Source: Candidatus Hadarchaeota archaeon (GTDB lineage: Archaea > CAYQAE01 > CAYVLA01). Taken from it: 64,000 nt of DNA. Both the position numbers and the translations under genes were made by a program. The stretch is from contig CAZUNO010000012.1 in NCBI GenBank assembly GCA_964621445.1, positions 16,516 through 80,515 on the forward strand. Reading direction: 5' to 3'. The stretch's first letter is position 1. Each line of letters opens with the position of its first letter. Below are positions 49,377-60,607 of this stretch, piece after piece. The notes below the pieces were generated by a model. It searched no databases. It was not told the origin of the DNA and saw only the letters and a list, made by a program, of their open reading frames with translations.

Positions 49377-50426
49377 TTAAGGTTTGACTATTGATCTGAT
49401 CACTTCATCAGGATTATCTATCGAAAACTTGATGGCTTTCTCCACATCCTCCAATGGGTAATGTCCCGATATCAAGGATCGCATGTCAACCAGCTTACGT
49501 TGCATTAGATTGATTGAGGTCGGGAAGTCCCTGCAAAAGCCGAGAATCCCTAGAAGGTCCATCTCCTGAAGGGTTATCTTGGAGAGATTGATCTCGTCCA
49601 GATCATTTCCAGTGAACCCTATGGGCATTATAGTGGCTCCACTACAGGCCAGGTCGACCATCTGTCGAATCGTCTCTGGTCTTCCCACGGCCTCCATGAC
49701 AAATGGTGCCATCTCCCCGTCAGTCAGATCGCTCACCGCTTCCACGGTGTCTTCTCTAGATGCGTTAACCGTGTAATCGGCGCCGAGCTTGCTGGCTAAT
49801 TGGAGTTTCGAATCCACCAGATCAGCGATTAGTACCTCTGCACCCGATGCCTTGGCCACCTGAAGCACCATTAGGCCAATGGCGCCGGCACCAAGGATGA
49901 CCACGAAATCACCGACCCCTATTTCGCACCTGTTTATCGCATGGACCCCCACGGAAAGGGGCTCGGTGAGAGCCGCTTCATCAAAGCTAACTTCCTCCGG
50001 TTTGGTGTATATGTGATTCGCATTGGCCAGGGTGTACTGGGCGAAGGAGCCATCAACATTATGCCCGATCACCTTTACCTCATTGCAGACATTGTATCTC
50101 CCCTTTCGGCAGCCCGGGCAGGTACCGCAATAGTCGAAAAAGGTCTCCACGATTACTTCATCCCCCGGTTTCCAGCGATCGATCCCCGGCCCCACCTTTC
50201 TTACCGTGCCCGCGCATTCGTGGCCCATTATCCTGGGAGGCTCGATCATGGGATGTTTATCCAGATACCCCGACACGTCCGAGCGACAAATGGCAGTCGC
50301 TGCAACCTCTACCAGTACCTGTTCCTTTTTGGGCTCAGGTATCTCGACCTCCTTGACCTCTAGCTTCTTGGGGGCGGTCAATACGACCGCCTTCATAGTC
50401 TTCTTCACCCTGACCACCTCTGACAT
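49377..50426 (-). CDS. zinc-dependent alcohol/polyol dehydrogenase
   Basis: ICRSD, GHE, CGTCPGC..GRYNVC, GAGAIG; the longer 5' extension overlaps the next gene and is unlikely. Confidence 0.92.
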   Translation of the reverse strand: MSEVVRVKKTMKAVVLTAPKKLEVKEVEIPEPKKEQVLVEVAATAICRSDVSGYLDKHPMIEPPRIMGHECAGTVRKVGPGIDRWKPGDEVIVETFFDYCGTCPGCRKGRYNVCNEVKVIGHNVDGSFAQYTLANANHIYTKPEEVSFDEAALTEPLSVGVHAINRCEIGVGDFVVILGAGAIGLMVLQVAKASGAEVLIADLVDSKLQLASKLGADYTVNASREDTVEAVSDLTDGEMAPFVMEAVGRPETIRQMVDLACSGATIMPIGFTGNDLDEINLSKITLQEMDLLGILGFCRDFPTSINLMQRKLVDMRSLISGHYPLEDVEKAIKFSIDNPDEVIRSIVKP

Positions 50427-50538
50427 TTGCTCCCCATTGGAAGAAAAATCTGTTGCAACCGGAGACCGGTAACTCAACCCATGACTATCGCCCCAAACAT
50501 GGATCAAAGCTTTCAACCTCCCTTCCTTCCCACTCCCG

Positions 50539-51312
50539 GTGAACAGCTTGCTACCCACCATAAAGTTGGGAAAACATCGGGTCACTAGACTAATTGTGGG
50601 AGGCAACCCCTTCAGCGGTAACTCCCATTTCAGCAAGGAACGCGACATCGAGATGAGAAATTACTACACTATGGAAAGGATAAAGGAGACCCTAAGGCAA
50701 TGCGAAAAGGCGGGAATCAATACCTGGCAGGCGCGGGGGGATAACTTCATCACTCGAGTTCTAAACGAGTACCGCCTTGAAGGCGGGAAGATCCAGTGGA
50801 TTGCCCAGACCGCCTCCGAGCGTCGAGACGTGATTGCCAATATTCATCAGTTGGCAGAATACGACCCCATTGCCATCTATAACCAGGGGAGAAGGACCGA
50901 TTATCTGTATCTGGAGGGCAGGATCGAGGAGGTATTCGAGCATGTGGACGAGATCAAAAGCCTGGGCATAACGGCCGGAATAGGGTCCCACATGCCAGAG
51001 GTGATCGCCCACTGCGAGGAGGCGGGGGTGGACCCCGACTTCTACATGCTTTCCCTCTACAATCTAACCGAAAAGGACGAGGGATACGACCACGAGGACC
51101 GAGTCAAGGCCTGCGAGATGATCAGGAAGATCAAGCGTCCATTCATCGCCTTTAAGATCATGGCTGCCGGGCGTAACGAGCCTAGAGAGGCATTCGAATT
51201 TGCCCTCAGGAACATCAAGCCAACCGATGCGGTTGATGTGGGAATGTATACCAAGCACCAGCCGGATCAGGTTTATGAGAACGTGAAGATCGTCAATTCC
51301 ATCCTGGCCTGA
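50539..51312 (+). CDS. aldo/keto reductase-like fold protein
   Basis: LGKHRVTRLIVGGNPFSGNSH, GIGSH, AFKIMAAGR. Confidence 0.7.
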   Translation: MNSLLPTIKLGKHRVTRLIVGGNPFSGNSHFSKERDIEMRNYYTMERIKETLRQCEKAGINTWQARGDNFITRVLNEYRLEGGKIQWIAQTASERRDVIANIHQLAEYDPIAIYNQGRRTDYLYLEGRIEEVFEHVDEIKSLGITAGIGSHMPEVIAHCEEAGVDPDFYMLSLYNLTEKDEGYDHEDRVKACEMIRKIKRPFIAFKIMAAGRNEPREAFEFALRNIKPTDAVDVGMYTKHQPDQVYENVKIVNSILA

Positions 51313-51324
51313 TCTTCCAGAAAG

Positions 51325-52779
51325 TCAGCTGAATACCATCTTCACGCGACATCCGTCGGGATAACCCGGTCTCAACAAATAATGTCCTTTGGGCGTTGGG
51401 ACCTTTTTCCCGTCAACGGTTACCGTCAAGCTGGTTCCTCCTCTCCACTTTATGTCCAGAAAGAAGTTCTTGCCTGCATAGGAAAGAGGAGCCGTGGTGT
51501 CCAAATTTTTCATTCCGGTCAATCGGCAGGGCTTGATCCGCAGGCCCCCGGCGATTGGCTGCAGGCCTAAAACTCCCTCCGTTAATGGTGTTATTAGCGA
51601 GCCATAATTTCCTATCTCCGGAGACCACTTCCCATCGTGTGTCCAATCCATGAAGATGCTGTTGTGGATGGTTCCTTCTCGCCTCTCAAATCCCATGATG
51701 GCCCTATACATCCCGCTGGCCTGGCCAACGTATCCTGATCTTAGCCTGGCCACGGCTGCGTGGGCTCCCAGGGTCAGCCACACATCACCGTTGGTTATGC
51801 TCTGGCCGTAGTTTTCCCTCCGGGCGTTTTTCCGGGGAAGATGATTCGTTAGGACGGGTAATGGGCTCTCTATCTCGGGATTGGCTTCCAGGTAATGCCA
51901 TATCCGCTCCGACTGGTTTCTCGACGGAATACCCAGTAGCAGTGCCATGTAGTTTGCTGTGGACTCGAAATAATCATGGCCGTATACTCTTTGGCCCCGG
52001 GCATCATTTCCGTGCAGGAAGTATCCCCTCCCGGAATCCCAAAAACCCCCTTCCTCCGCCGGTAGGAGAAATGCGGATTTGATCTCCTTCTCCGCCTGGC
52101 GGTATCTCTTCTCCTTTCCCGTTCTTCCAAATATGGATTCGACCTCGGCCAATTGTCTGAGGCACTGAATCATACACACGTTATTGTTGGAGTTATCTGC
52201 ATGCCAGTCCGTATTCTCAGTCCAATCCCCCTCAATTCCCGACTCGATCAGGTTTGGGTTATACTCCCCTCTCAGGTTGTCAAGGATATAATCCGTGCTC
52301 TTTTCGATTGTTTGAAGCTTATCCTGTGATAACCAGGACCTGTCCCGGGTGTAAAGGAAGAACTCCAGTGCCATCTTTGCCCAGCAGATAATATTGTCCA
52401 GGCAATAATCCTCACCATGGACCCCTGAATAGGTCCTGTAGTAGACATTTTCCCGCCCCTCACGATATCCAATCCTTCCATCGCTATCTATGGGTACCGA
52501 ATGAGGCAGTAGACCGGTTCCTGGCTCAGGTCGTGAAAGGCCCTCGTCAAGCGTATCTCGAACGATATCATGCACATCGCTCCCCACAAGAGGGGTAAGA
52601 TCATGAATGCCACACCAGGTATTCCAACCCCAGATGCCCACTGGCCGTGTGTTCCCATCCTTGTCGGTGTACAATTCACAGAATCGTCCTTCATGGGTCA
52701 GCTGGTTAATGAAAACCCTATCTATACGCTCCTGGATATCGTCAAGCCAGTTCAACTCCGTTTTCAGGAAATTTGGCAT
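51325..52779 (-). CDS. six-hairpin glycosidase-like protein
   Basis: GDWTE, A..IKSAF..GGFWD, NGDVW, EGVLGLQP C-terminus. Confidence 0.6.
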   Translation of the reverse strand: MPNFLKTELNWLDDIQERIDRVFINQLTHEGRFCELYTDKDGNTRPVGIWGWNTWCGIHDLTPLVGSDVHDIVRDTLDEGLSRPEPGTGLLPHSVPIDSDGRIGYREGRENVYYRTYSGVHGEDYCLDNIICWAKMALEFFLYTRDRSWLSQDKLQTIEKSTDYILDNLRGEYNPNLIESGIEGDWTENTDWHADNSNNNVCMIQCLRQLAEVESIFGRTGKEKRYRQAEKEIKSAFLLPAEEGGFWDSGRGYFLHGNDARGQRVYGHDYFESTANYMALLLGIPSRNQSERIWHYLEANPEIESPLPVLTNHLPRKNARRENYGQSITNGDVWLTLGAHAAVARLRSGYVGQASGMYRAIMGFERREGTIHNSIFMDWTHDGKWSPEIGNYGSLITPLTEGVLGLQPIAGGLRIKPCRLTGMKNLDTTAPLSYAGKNFFLDIKWRGGTSLTVTVDGKKVPTPKGHYLLRPGYPDGCRVKMVFS

Positions 52780-52836
52780 AGAAAACTTCTACCGACTAGT
52801 GGTTGTAAATCTCTTATCCCCTCAGCCGGAGGGTGT

Positions 52837-54810
52837 TTAGCGGTTTGAAATCAGGCTGCCCGAAACCAGATAAAAAGCTGCCAATGCCGCAAATAGAATA
52901 GGCCGGATACGGGCCGGTATCTCCGGGACCTGGCTCTCGAGTTCCTCTATTCTGTCTCGCAGGTCCTTTATCATATCCAGGAGATACTGGTTAGACCTAG
53001 TTAGTTGCTGGTTCTTCATCAGAAGCTGGCTAATCGTCTGGTTCATTCTCAACAATTTTTCCTGCAGGAACTGGTTTGATTCCTGGCATGATTGAAGCAT
53101 CTCCTCCAGGTCGGCCTTATCCGAGGAAAGGGATTGTATCTGGTCAATCAACTCCTGCCTGTCCTCCTCAAGTCCCTCTATCGTATCCAGGAGTTCCGCT
53201 CTCTCATCCTGAAGGTCCTGAATGATTTGTGAGAGGACGGCCTTTTCATCCTCACAGCTCTCCAGGGCATGGTTCAGGTCATCTATGGTGGAATTCAAAT
53301 CGAATATCTGTTGCCTTAACTCCTCCACAAGGCCCCTTAGTCTCTCCAGTTCCCTTTCACACCAGGACTTGGTGATCGTGAAATTGAAGGTGGCGGGGGA
53401 AGGATCGAGCAATCCCCTGTTATCCATGGCCCTAACCTGGAAGACGTGGTCCCCCGAGGAAAGGTTCAGATAATCCAGGTTCTGTGACGTGGTCTGGGTC
53501 CAGTTACCATAATCGAGCCTGAATTCATATAGAGTGACTGATCCATCCATATCATTGCCCGACCAGGCGAAGAAAACGTCTCTAACACTTGTGGTCTGAT
53601 TTGGATGCTGGGTAATATTCGTCTCCGGTGGGCTATTGATAATGACCACGAACTCCTTGTAGGCGGGAGAAGGGTCAAAGAGACCATCGTCATCCCTGGA
53701 CTTTACCTCAAACCTGTGTGTTCCGTTCGAGAGTCCGGTATAGAGCCTGCTGGTATTTTCAGTCTCTTGCCAGGGACCGGAATCCATACGGTAGCTGTAG
53801 CCAATTACCTTGCCGTCCAGATCCGAACCCGTCCACTTGAAGAGAACGGTTTCATTATCGGTAACCGCCGGCGGAGGCTCGACCAGCCAGGTGTCCGGCC
53901 TGATAGCCGCATATAATGGGTAGATACTGAATGATGCAGAGTGCTCATAGGACCCCATGGATATTTGAACCCTGTATGGATGGGTGTAGTTCGCCGGGAA
54001 GGTTGAATTATCGGCCTCCACCACGCAATGGGTGGCCCACCTGCCCTCTCCGACGTAATATATTGGCGTGTTACGGGTAATGATTGTGCTCCCGTTTGTA
54101 TTGTTCCACCTCACCAGGGCCTGTGTTTCTCCGGTGCTGTTCCCTGAAGGCTTCACCACCAGGCTGGCATTGAGATGGGTTGTCGGTATCGGGGTATCGA
54201 AGAAGAATGGGGAATACCTGCCCAGCTGATCGGATACTGAAACTGGCCAGGATGTTCCCTCCGGCACCTGGAAGAACATCCAGGGAACATTTGGGTTCCC
54301 GTCAGGATATGTCCAGTTGGAACCTCCCTCAAGGGTTCCGGTGATATTGACCCTCACCTGGTATAAGCCTGGTTTGCCCTCTGGGTCAAAGGTAGCTATG
54401 AAAAGATGATAGGTATAATCTCCTGCCTCCGATTCTGAAGATACGGCCATCCGGGTGGTCCATACCGGAGATGAACCGGGATAGAGATGCCCAGTGGAGT
54501 TGAACCCATTGCTGGAACTCACATTTCGATAGGCAATGAAGGTGGCGTTTACCTCATCGCTGGGGTCGGTGCTGGATATCACGTAAGCGATATTTACAGC
54601 CGAATGGCGATATGAAAGATTCAAGCGGTTGGGACCGGTATCGTTGTACATTCCCCACGTTTCCCTTGGCTTTCCGCCTTCCTTTATCCACAACATCTCG
54701 GGTTGCAGGTAATCTGGAGGGGCTGGCGGGAGAGCCCAGACCGAGCATTGCAAGGATATCAATATAAGAAGGACTAGTATCGTGGCCGTGGAAATTCTCC
54801 GCTTGAACAC
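52837..54810 (-). CDS. cell-surface glycoprotein: two Ig/Y_Y_Y-like repeats, coiled-coil stalk, C-terminal VPE + TM anchor
   Basis: Signal peptide; duplicated F.W.G.D.DG....Y.YR.D...LS.G.H.F.V...D..GL.DPSPA; many NxS/T sequons; heptad region. Confidence 0.78.
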   Translation of the reverse strand: MFKRRISTATILVLLILISLQCSVWALPPAPPDYLQPEMLWIKEGGKPRETWGMYNDTGPNRLNLSYRHSAVNIAYVISSTDPSDEVNATFIAYRNVSSSNGFNSTGHLYPGSSPVWTTRMAVSSESEAGDYTYHLFIATFDPEGKPGLYQVRVNITGTLEGGSNWTYPDGNPNVPWMFFQVPEGTSWPVSVSDQLGRYSPFFFDTPIPTTHLNASLVVKPSGNSTGETQALVRWNNTNGSTIITRNTPIYYVGEGRWATHCVVEADNSTFPANYTHPYRVQISMGSYEHSASFSIYPLYAAIRPDTWLVEPPPAVTDNETVLFKWTGSDLDGKVIGYSYRMDSGPWQETENTSRLYTGLSNGTHRFEVKSRDDDGLFDPSPAYKEFVVIINSPPETNITQHPNQTTSVRDVFFAWSGNDMDGSVTLYEFRLDYGNWTQTTSQNLDYLNLSSGDHVFQVRAMDNRGLLDPSPATFNFTITKSWCERELERLRGLVEELRQQIFDLNSTIDDLNHALESCEDEKAVLSQIIQDLQDERAELLDTIEGLEEDRQELIDQIQSLSSDKADLEEMLQSCQESNQFLQEKLLRMNQTISQLLMKNQQLTRSNQYLLDMIKDLRDRIEELESQVPEIPARIRPILFAALAAFYLVSGSLISNR

Positions 54811-54925
54811 CTTTACCCCAAGGATAATTGTTATCTAGGACTTAAAATCCTATTCTATACCCGGTTGAATTTTCGTCAAATGTTTGGAATAAAGGCGGAT
54901 TTCTGGCATTATTCCCTAGCAGATA

Positions 54926-57900
54926 TCACTTCACTCTTTTATACTCGGTTCTTCCCATGTAAAACAGCTTTGCATATATCCAGAAGTGAGGATCCTCCTC
55001 CTCAAACTCAAAATCCAGTACCTGTCGCCCTTTTGGAGGAAGCTCGAAAGAATTAACCGATGGTGACATCTTAACCATGGAGTAATCCCCAACTTCACTC
55101 TCTGACCAGGTCTCCAGTGGGGTTATCAGGGCAATCCCTCCCGAGACCCGCTCATTATAGGGGTTCTCAAGTTTCACCGATAGACCGTCTTTCCGGAGAT
55201 AGGTTTGCCACTTGATGGATTTCTCGACTTGTTCATGGAGAACATCCTGATATACCGCCCCGCCGCCGCCGTATCTGATCTTGCTCTTCTCCCCTATCTC
55301 CATCACATCCTCATACTCCTGCCCCCCGTGCTTGAGTCGCACTCGAAGAAGACCCGTTCTCCTGTTTCCTGAGAAGGAAAATGCAAAATCATAGGTCTTA
55401 CAGCTCCTGGAAGGTACTTGATAGGATATCTCTCCCGGTTCAAGCGTCCACCCCTCAGGGGCCTCGAGCACCGCCTTACCTGATACATCCCGATCAACGT
55501 AGTTATTCATGATGCTTACCGAAAGGGAGTTAACGGTCGTGCCTCTTCCCCCCGCCTCGGTTACGGGTGTTCCCTGTATGGACACCGTCACCGGCTGATA
55601 GCCAATTGGAGCTGGGCCCAGGTTCTGTTCCCAGTATTTGGAGTATACAGGCTGGACTATTTCCATTGGTTTAGGCTCAATTGCATTATCCTGATTCGGT
55701 TCCAGATCCGGATAGAGTGCAAATGTCTGGATAGAGAAGGGCCCAATTTCCGTCGAGAAGCTGCCCTGGTCCTCAACTTCCATTTCAGATTCTGGATTCT
55801 CCATCAGGTCGGCTTTTTGCACGGATTTCAATGGAAAAGAAGCCCGGAAATGGGATTTGATTGGTCTCCCTTCGGCTTCATATACCCTGATAACCAAACC
55901 TTCGCTGGCATCCGATACCCCGGATTTGAAGCTAGCCACCGGGTTTCCAAGGGGCTTCATCGCGGTCATCACCAAGCTGTCCCCGGAGATGCTAAGGAAG
56001 GAATGATTGGTGTCCAGACTCCCATCATGCTTGCCGGTGGCCCTGCAGATCATAGGAGAGTTGAACTCCCATCCCTTGCGGTAGGATTTGGCCTCCCTCC
56101 AATTCCCGGCATGGGGATATAGAGCATAGTGGAAGATGTGATCCTTTCTCTCGGGAACGAACTTCTCATCCAGGTGCTTACGTGACCATTCAGCCGTGTG
56201 TTTTAGGAATAGAGTCATGGTTCCATCTGGTTCAACCGTATTGGCCATGTTCCCGTTATTGAGAACGCTTAGGCCATAATCCTCAACCTGGCAATCGCTC
56301 AACCTATTTGCGTGTCGAGGAATTATGATATCTCCAGTTCGTAATCCCTCGATTAGGAAATCCACCGCGTACTTCAGGCCCTTTTCATCCCTTCCCATTA
56401 TCACCAGGACCGGCATAGGTTCCCAGCCATCCGGCAAGTCGGAATCCGGCACTACAAGGAAGTCAAAACCCAACCTCTCCACCCGGCCTAGGAACCCTTC
56501 CTTCACGGAGTCCTGTAGGTGGCCGAGCAGCGAATTCGAATAGGAATTGTCTCCCCCGATTCCAATTGATATTCTGAAGTTACAGTTGGCAAGGTCTCCG
56601 TCCCTTTCGTTTGCTTGGGTGGAATCCGTAGAGGATAATTCCCCACGCCGGGGACTGTCATTGTCATCGAACCATGGGGTGGTCAAGACCCCACGCCTGG
56701 TCAGCTCGCGCTGTATATCGATGGCAAGGGGTCTTACTTGCTCGTCATGCGGGAATATAATTCCCACTGAACCGAGATTCATGGCGGCTACCGTATTTAC
56801 GTCGTTATCAACAAACCGTATCTTGGTTGTGGAACCGTAATCGAAGAAATTCTGCGACGAATGAACGGAGCAATCCGAATATGCGTCCCCCCGCCAGGTC
56901 CGGTAATCGAACTTTCTTCTACCCTTATGTTTGGTTATCGAGCCGAATCTTTCCTCGTAGGTGGGAGATCCACCCTCTATATCCGGGGGAAACACGGCGC
57001 AGAAGAGGTCGTCCTCTCCCTCGTAGCCCATTATCTTGGTTGTGAGATCTATCCTCTTCACACCATCTCTGAGTTTAATTTCACGAACGAGGTCCACTCC
57101 TTCCCGGAGGCTGTTTCGTATCTCCATCTTTCGCGTGGGCCCCGAAGCCTGGACGGAAATGTCTGCCGGGAAGTCCCCGGAGAACATCCTTTCCCCGGTG
57201 GTGAAAAATTCCCAGGAAGGCTCGTGTCGATCGTGTTCTTCCTTGAGGACTGCTATCTCGTTCATGAGAAGCTGATTCTCTTTTCGGACGATCTCCTTTT
57301 CCGCATCTTTATCCTTAATGCTGCATATCCCGCCTCCCCTTTGAGGATCGACCTCTACGATATAGAAATCATTCTCGATGGTGAAGCATTGTTCTCGCTG
57401 GACCCAACACGGAAGATCGATATCCTCAACCGGCTTGACTATATAGGTCTCAAAACCAACCGAAGGAACATCTCGGGCTGTGAACTCTATCCTGGCGGAG
57501 ATGATTCCTCCCTCTTCCTCTTTTTTATCCAGTATACAGAAGGGGATTCCCACGCCCTCGGAATCCAGCAGTTCAAAGGATTTAACCGGCTGGTCGAAGT
57601 TCAGGTCTACTCTAGCCACGTCGGTCCGGTTCCAATTCAGGGTGTTAAACACCAAAACGGGAATTCCATCTATATCCCTGGTATCGACCTTCTGGCATAT
57701 TGATTCCAGTGCCGAATCATTCACCTCACCCGATAGGTCCAGAGCCTCCCGATACCCCTGCATCATATCCAGATAGGAGATGTCACAGGAGGTTCCGGTT
57801 ATTGCGTCATGATGCGAATTGAAAAGCAGCTGTCTCCACACCTTGTCGATTCTCAAATCAGGGTATTGATTCCCTAGCAGGGAGGACAGGGTAGACAATA

Positions 57901-59659
57901 GCTCTCCATTGTAGGCCGACATCTCACCCAGTCTGTTGGCAATCTTGAGTTCAATTCTAGATTGTGAGGTTCCTATGTGATACTGGGTCGCATCCCTGGA
58001 TGTGTACGGGATATCCGAGGCGGAAGGCGATTTCTGGATTTGGTGGAAAAATTCCGTTGGATTAGCGATCTCAATGCTAGGTAACAGGGATTTTAGCTCC
58101 GAGCACCTGCCAAGACTCCAAGCCGTTGGCGGCTTGAAATCGGTTGAATCCATCCTCAGGTCAACTTCGTGGCCCAGCGACCGCATCTCCTCGAATCTGG
58201 TATAGGCACGTTGCCTCATCTCATCGAAACTGCCGGTGGTGAAGCTGTAATCAACCCGCCTGTGCAGGAGATCCGTGCCGTCCAGCGAAATATAACGAAA
58301 AACGGGAGGGAAACCCTTCACGCTCTTGGACCATACAACCCCCTGGTTACCGGATTTTGACAGGATCTGGGAAAGCTGGGGTATATGTCCGAATACGTCC
58401 CATGCGTGATAGGTCGTGGGAATGACTCCGAACTGCGATCTGGCGAAAAGCCTGCCGTACAGAATATTCCTTATTATCTGCTCGCCGGACACGTTTTTCT
58501 CGTTGGGCTGGCAGTAGGACCCGCCGGGTATTACCCTCTCCGCCTGGGCGAGGTTTATAAGGTAATCCCTATCGTTGGGATAAAAATCCAGATAGGGCTT
58601 GAGGTAATCCAACTCGTGGAATATCACCTTGAAATCGGGATCCGAACGGCAGAATTGGAGATACTGACTGACATTACTGAGAGAGATGTCGTTGTACATG
58701 GATTGGGTATGGGTCCAGACGGGGTCGCAGTGAAATCCAGCCCCCACGAAAATTCTCTCATTTTTGGAGGGTGGATCAATTCCCTCTGCGCGTGATTCGA
58801 CTTCAATTTCATCCATTAGTTTCAGGGCAAGGTCGAGGTTTCCTCCCTCTTCCCGGTTAACCGGGACTCCTTGTCTTACTAGCCTTGTTTCACCAGCCTT
58901 TAGAATACCGGCGCTGTATTCGGCTACGGGCTCTCCCTCAACTAAAATTTCTGTTGATGAACCGGTCAAGTCGGAGGATGTCAGGTTAGCCAAAGCATAT
59001 TCGATCTCGATCTGTGGATTCTCGGCCGTGCCCCTGTAAAAACCGGTGAATCTTGGACGGGTTAGTGCCAGATCCCCGCGATCCGTCAAAAAGGCCGGGG
59101 AAAAAGATAGCTTGGCCCCCCAATTGGTCCTTCTTTGAACCGCTCCGACCACCTTTACCATAATTAAATTACTACATTTCACTAGCCGAATGGGGACGAG
59201 TGCCGAACTGGGCGAGACCATCTGCCCATTTACGATTAATGCTCCCGCCATATCCGCTCGGAAGTCGCAGATAAGGAGGCGATCATCCTCGCTATCAATA
59301 TAGGCCGCTGCATAGACCAGGCCATGGTCCTTTCCCTCGAATTCCGAATCAAAAATCAAGCTCGTGGACCCTACCTCTTTATAGCTCCAGCTTACCTGCC
59401 CGCTGGGAACCGAATCGGAGTGGTGAGTCATACCCCTTGAGGGCTTTATATCCAGCTCCCCACCTAGCGGGTCCCCCTCAGGAACCTCGAGCCTTCCCAT
59501 ATGTCGAAGTGTGCTAAGCCTATCCGCGTTCTCTGAAATGAAGGGCCCACATATCAGCCACCTGCTCACAAAACCGTGACCGGCAACCTCGTTAGCATCA
59601 TTGGATGGGTAGATGTCTTGGGACATGAAAATTGCCACCTGTAATTCAAACCAGCCCAC
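54926..59659 (-). CDS. GH38 alpha-mannosidase-like multidomain protein (NEW3-like C-terminal domain)
   Basis: FHCDPVW, WDVFGH, HHDAITGT, VFNTLNW.R, IENDFY; probable start ATG ~59626. Confidence 0.88.
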   Translation of the reverse strand: MGWFELQVAIFMSQDIYPSNDANEVAGHGFVSRWLICGPFISENADRLSTLRHMGRLEVPEGDPLGGELDIKPSRGMTHHSDSVPSGQVSWSYKEVGSTSLIFDSEFEGKDHGLVYAAAYIDSEDDRLLICDFRADMAGALIVNGQMVSPSSALVPIRLVKCSNLIMVKVVGAVQRRTNWGAKLSFSPAFLTDRGDLALTRPRFTGFYRGTAENPQIEIEYALANLTSSDLTGSSTEILVEGEPVAEYSAGILKAGETRLVRQGVPVNREEGGNLDLALKLMDEIEVESRAEGIDPPSKNERIFVGAGFHCDPVWTHTQSMYNDISLSNVSQYLQFCRSDPDFKVIFHELDYLKPYLDFYPNDRDYLINLAQAERVIPGGSYCQPNEKNVSGEQIIRNILYGRLFARSQFGVIPTTYHAWDVFGHIPQLSQILSKSGNQGVVWSKSVKGFPPVFRYISLDGTDLLHRRVDYSFTTGSFDEMRQRAYTRFEEMRSLGHEVDLRMDSTDFKPPTAWSLGRCSELKSLLPSIEIANPTEFFHQIQKSPSASDIPYTSRDATQYHIGTSQSRIELKIANRLGEMSAYNGELLSTLSSLLGNQYPDLRIDKVWRQLLFNSHHDAITGTSCDISYLDMMQGYREALDLSGEVNDSALESICQKVDTRDIDGIPVLVFNTLNWNRTDVARVDLNFDQPVKSFELLDSEGVGIPFCILDKKEEEGGIISARIEFTARDVPSVGFETYIVKPVEDIDLPCWVQREQCFTIENDFYIVEVDPQRGGGICSIKDKDAEKEIVRKENQLLMNEIAVLKEEHDRHEPSWEFFTTGERMFSGDFPADISVQASGPTRKMEIRNSLREGVDLVREIKLRDGVKRIDLTTKIMGYEGEDDLFCAVFPPDIEGGSPTYEERFGSITKHKGRRKFDYRTWRGDAYSDCSVHSSQNFFDYGSTTKIRFVDNDVNTVAAMNLGSVGIIFPHDEQVRPLAIDIQRELTRRGVLTTPWFDDNDSPRRGELSSTDSTQANERDGDLANCNFRISIGIGGDNSYSNSLLGHLQDSVKEGFLGRVERLGFDFLVVPDSDLPDGWEPMPVLVIMGRDEKGLKYAVDFLIEGLRTGDIIIPRHANRLSDCQVEDYGLSVLNNGNMANTVEPDGTMTLFLKHTAEWSRKHLDEKFVPERKDHIFHYALYPHAGNWREAKSYRKGWEFNSPMICRATGKHDGSLDTNHSFLSISGDSLVMTAMKPLGNPVASFKSGVSDASEGLVIRVYEAEGRPIKSHFRASFPLKSVQKADLMENPESEMEVEDQGSFSTEIGPFSIQTFALYPDLEPNQDNAIEPKPMEIVQPVYSKYWEQNLGPAPIGYQPVTVSIQGTPVTEAGGRGTTVNSLSVSIMNNYVDRDVSGKAVLEAPEGWTLEPGEISYQVPSRSCKTYDFAFSFSGNRRTGLLRVRLKHGGQEYEDVMEIGEKSKIRYGGGGAVYQDVLHEQVEKSIKWQTYLRKDGLSVKLENPYNERVSGGIALITPLETWSESEVGDYSMVKMSPSVNSFELPPKGRQVLDFEFEEEDPHFWIYAKLFYMGRTEYKRVK

Positions 59660-59740
59660 CCCGGCATAATAAGTGTTCCACTCATCAAATCGGAGAGGCC
59701 AACATTTTTACCGGTGCCGCTAGGCTCTGTAATCGATAAA

Positions 59741-60595
59741 ATGATCAACCTGGGAATATGCGGTACTAACAACTCGCATTCGGTTGTTTTCTCGCGTCTG
59801 GCAAACTCAGAGGAACTTCCGCCGGAGGAGCGGGTGGAGGGAGCTAGGTGTATCGCCTTTTTCGCCTACGACGAGGAAAATGTGGAAGATCTGAAAAAAC
59901 TGGGATTGAAGCAGGTTGAACGAAAGGAGGACCTGATACATCTGGTGGATGGCGTGCTCTGCGTTACCCGGGATGGGACCAAGCATCTGGAGGAGGCCAT
60001 ACCCTTCCTGGAGGTCGGAATACCTACATTCGTTGACAAGCCCTTGGCGGTGAGCACCGATGATGCAAAAAGCATCGTGGATAAGGCGCGTGAAACTGGC
60101 ACCCCCCTGATGTCCTGCTCGGCGCTACGTTTCGCCCCCGAGATAACCAATAGTCAGGAGAAGCTGGAGGAGATATCACCCCTTCACGTGGGGACGGTAA
60201 CGGGAATGGGAAAAACGATCTTCTACGGGGTACACGCAGCTGAGATGATGAGCACCGTTTTTGGCTCCGGAGTGGAGTACGTGTTCAACTCGCAGACCAA
60301 GGGACATGACATGGCCTTGGTCCACTACCGGGATGGCAAGACCATCTCCCTCCAGATATTGAGGGACTCCGAGGTCGGCTTCAGGGTCATTGCCCACGGG
60401 GAGGGTGGACGCCTGGATATGCCGGTCGAAAGCCGCCTATACTACCCCGAAACTCTCAAGCAGATAATCAGGTTTATGGAAACTGGAAAGACACCGATCC
60501 CACTTGACCACACCCTAGAGATCATCTCTTGCCTCAATGCACTGGGTGAGAGCGCAGATAGTGGAAGTAAGGTTTACCTCAATAGCGTTAGGTAG
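59741..60595 (+). CDS. Gfo/Idh/MocA family oxidoreductase
   Basis: GICGTNNSH, FVDKPLA, SALRF, YGVH. Confidence 0.88.
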   Translation: MINLGICGTNNSHSVVFSRLANSEELPPEERVEGARCIAFFAYDEENVEDLKKLGLKQVERKEDLIHLVDGVLCVTRDGTKHLEEAIPFLEVGIPTFVDKPLAVSTDDAKSIVDKARETGTPLMSCSALRFAPEITNSQEKLEEISPLHVGTVTGMGKTIFYGVHAAEMMSTVFGSGVEYVFNSQTKGHDMALVHYRDGKTISLQILRDSEVGFRVIAHGEGGRLDMPVESRLYYPETLKQIIRFMETGKTPIPLDHTLEIISCLNALGESADSGSKVYLNSVR

Positions 60596-60607
60596 GGAAG
60601 TGTTCGA

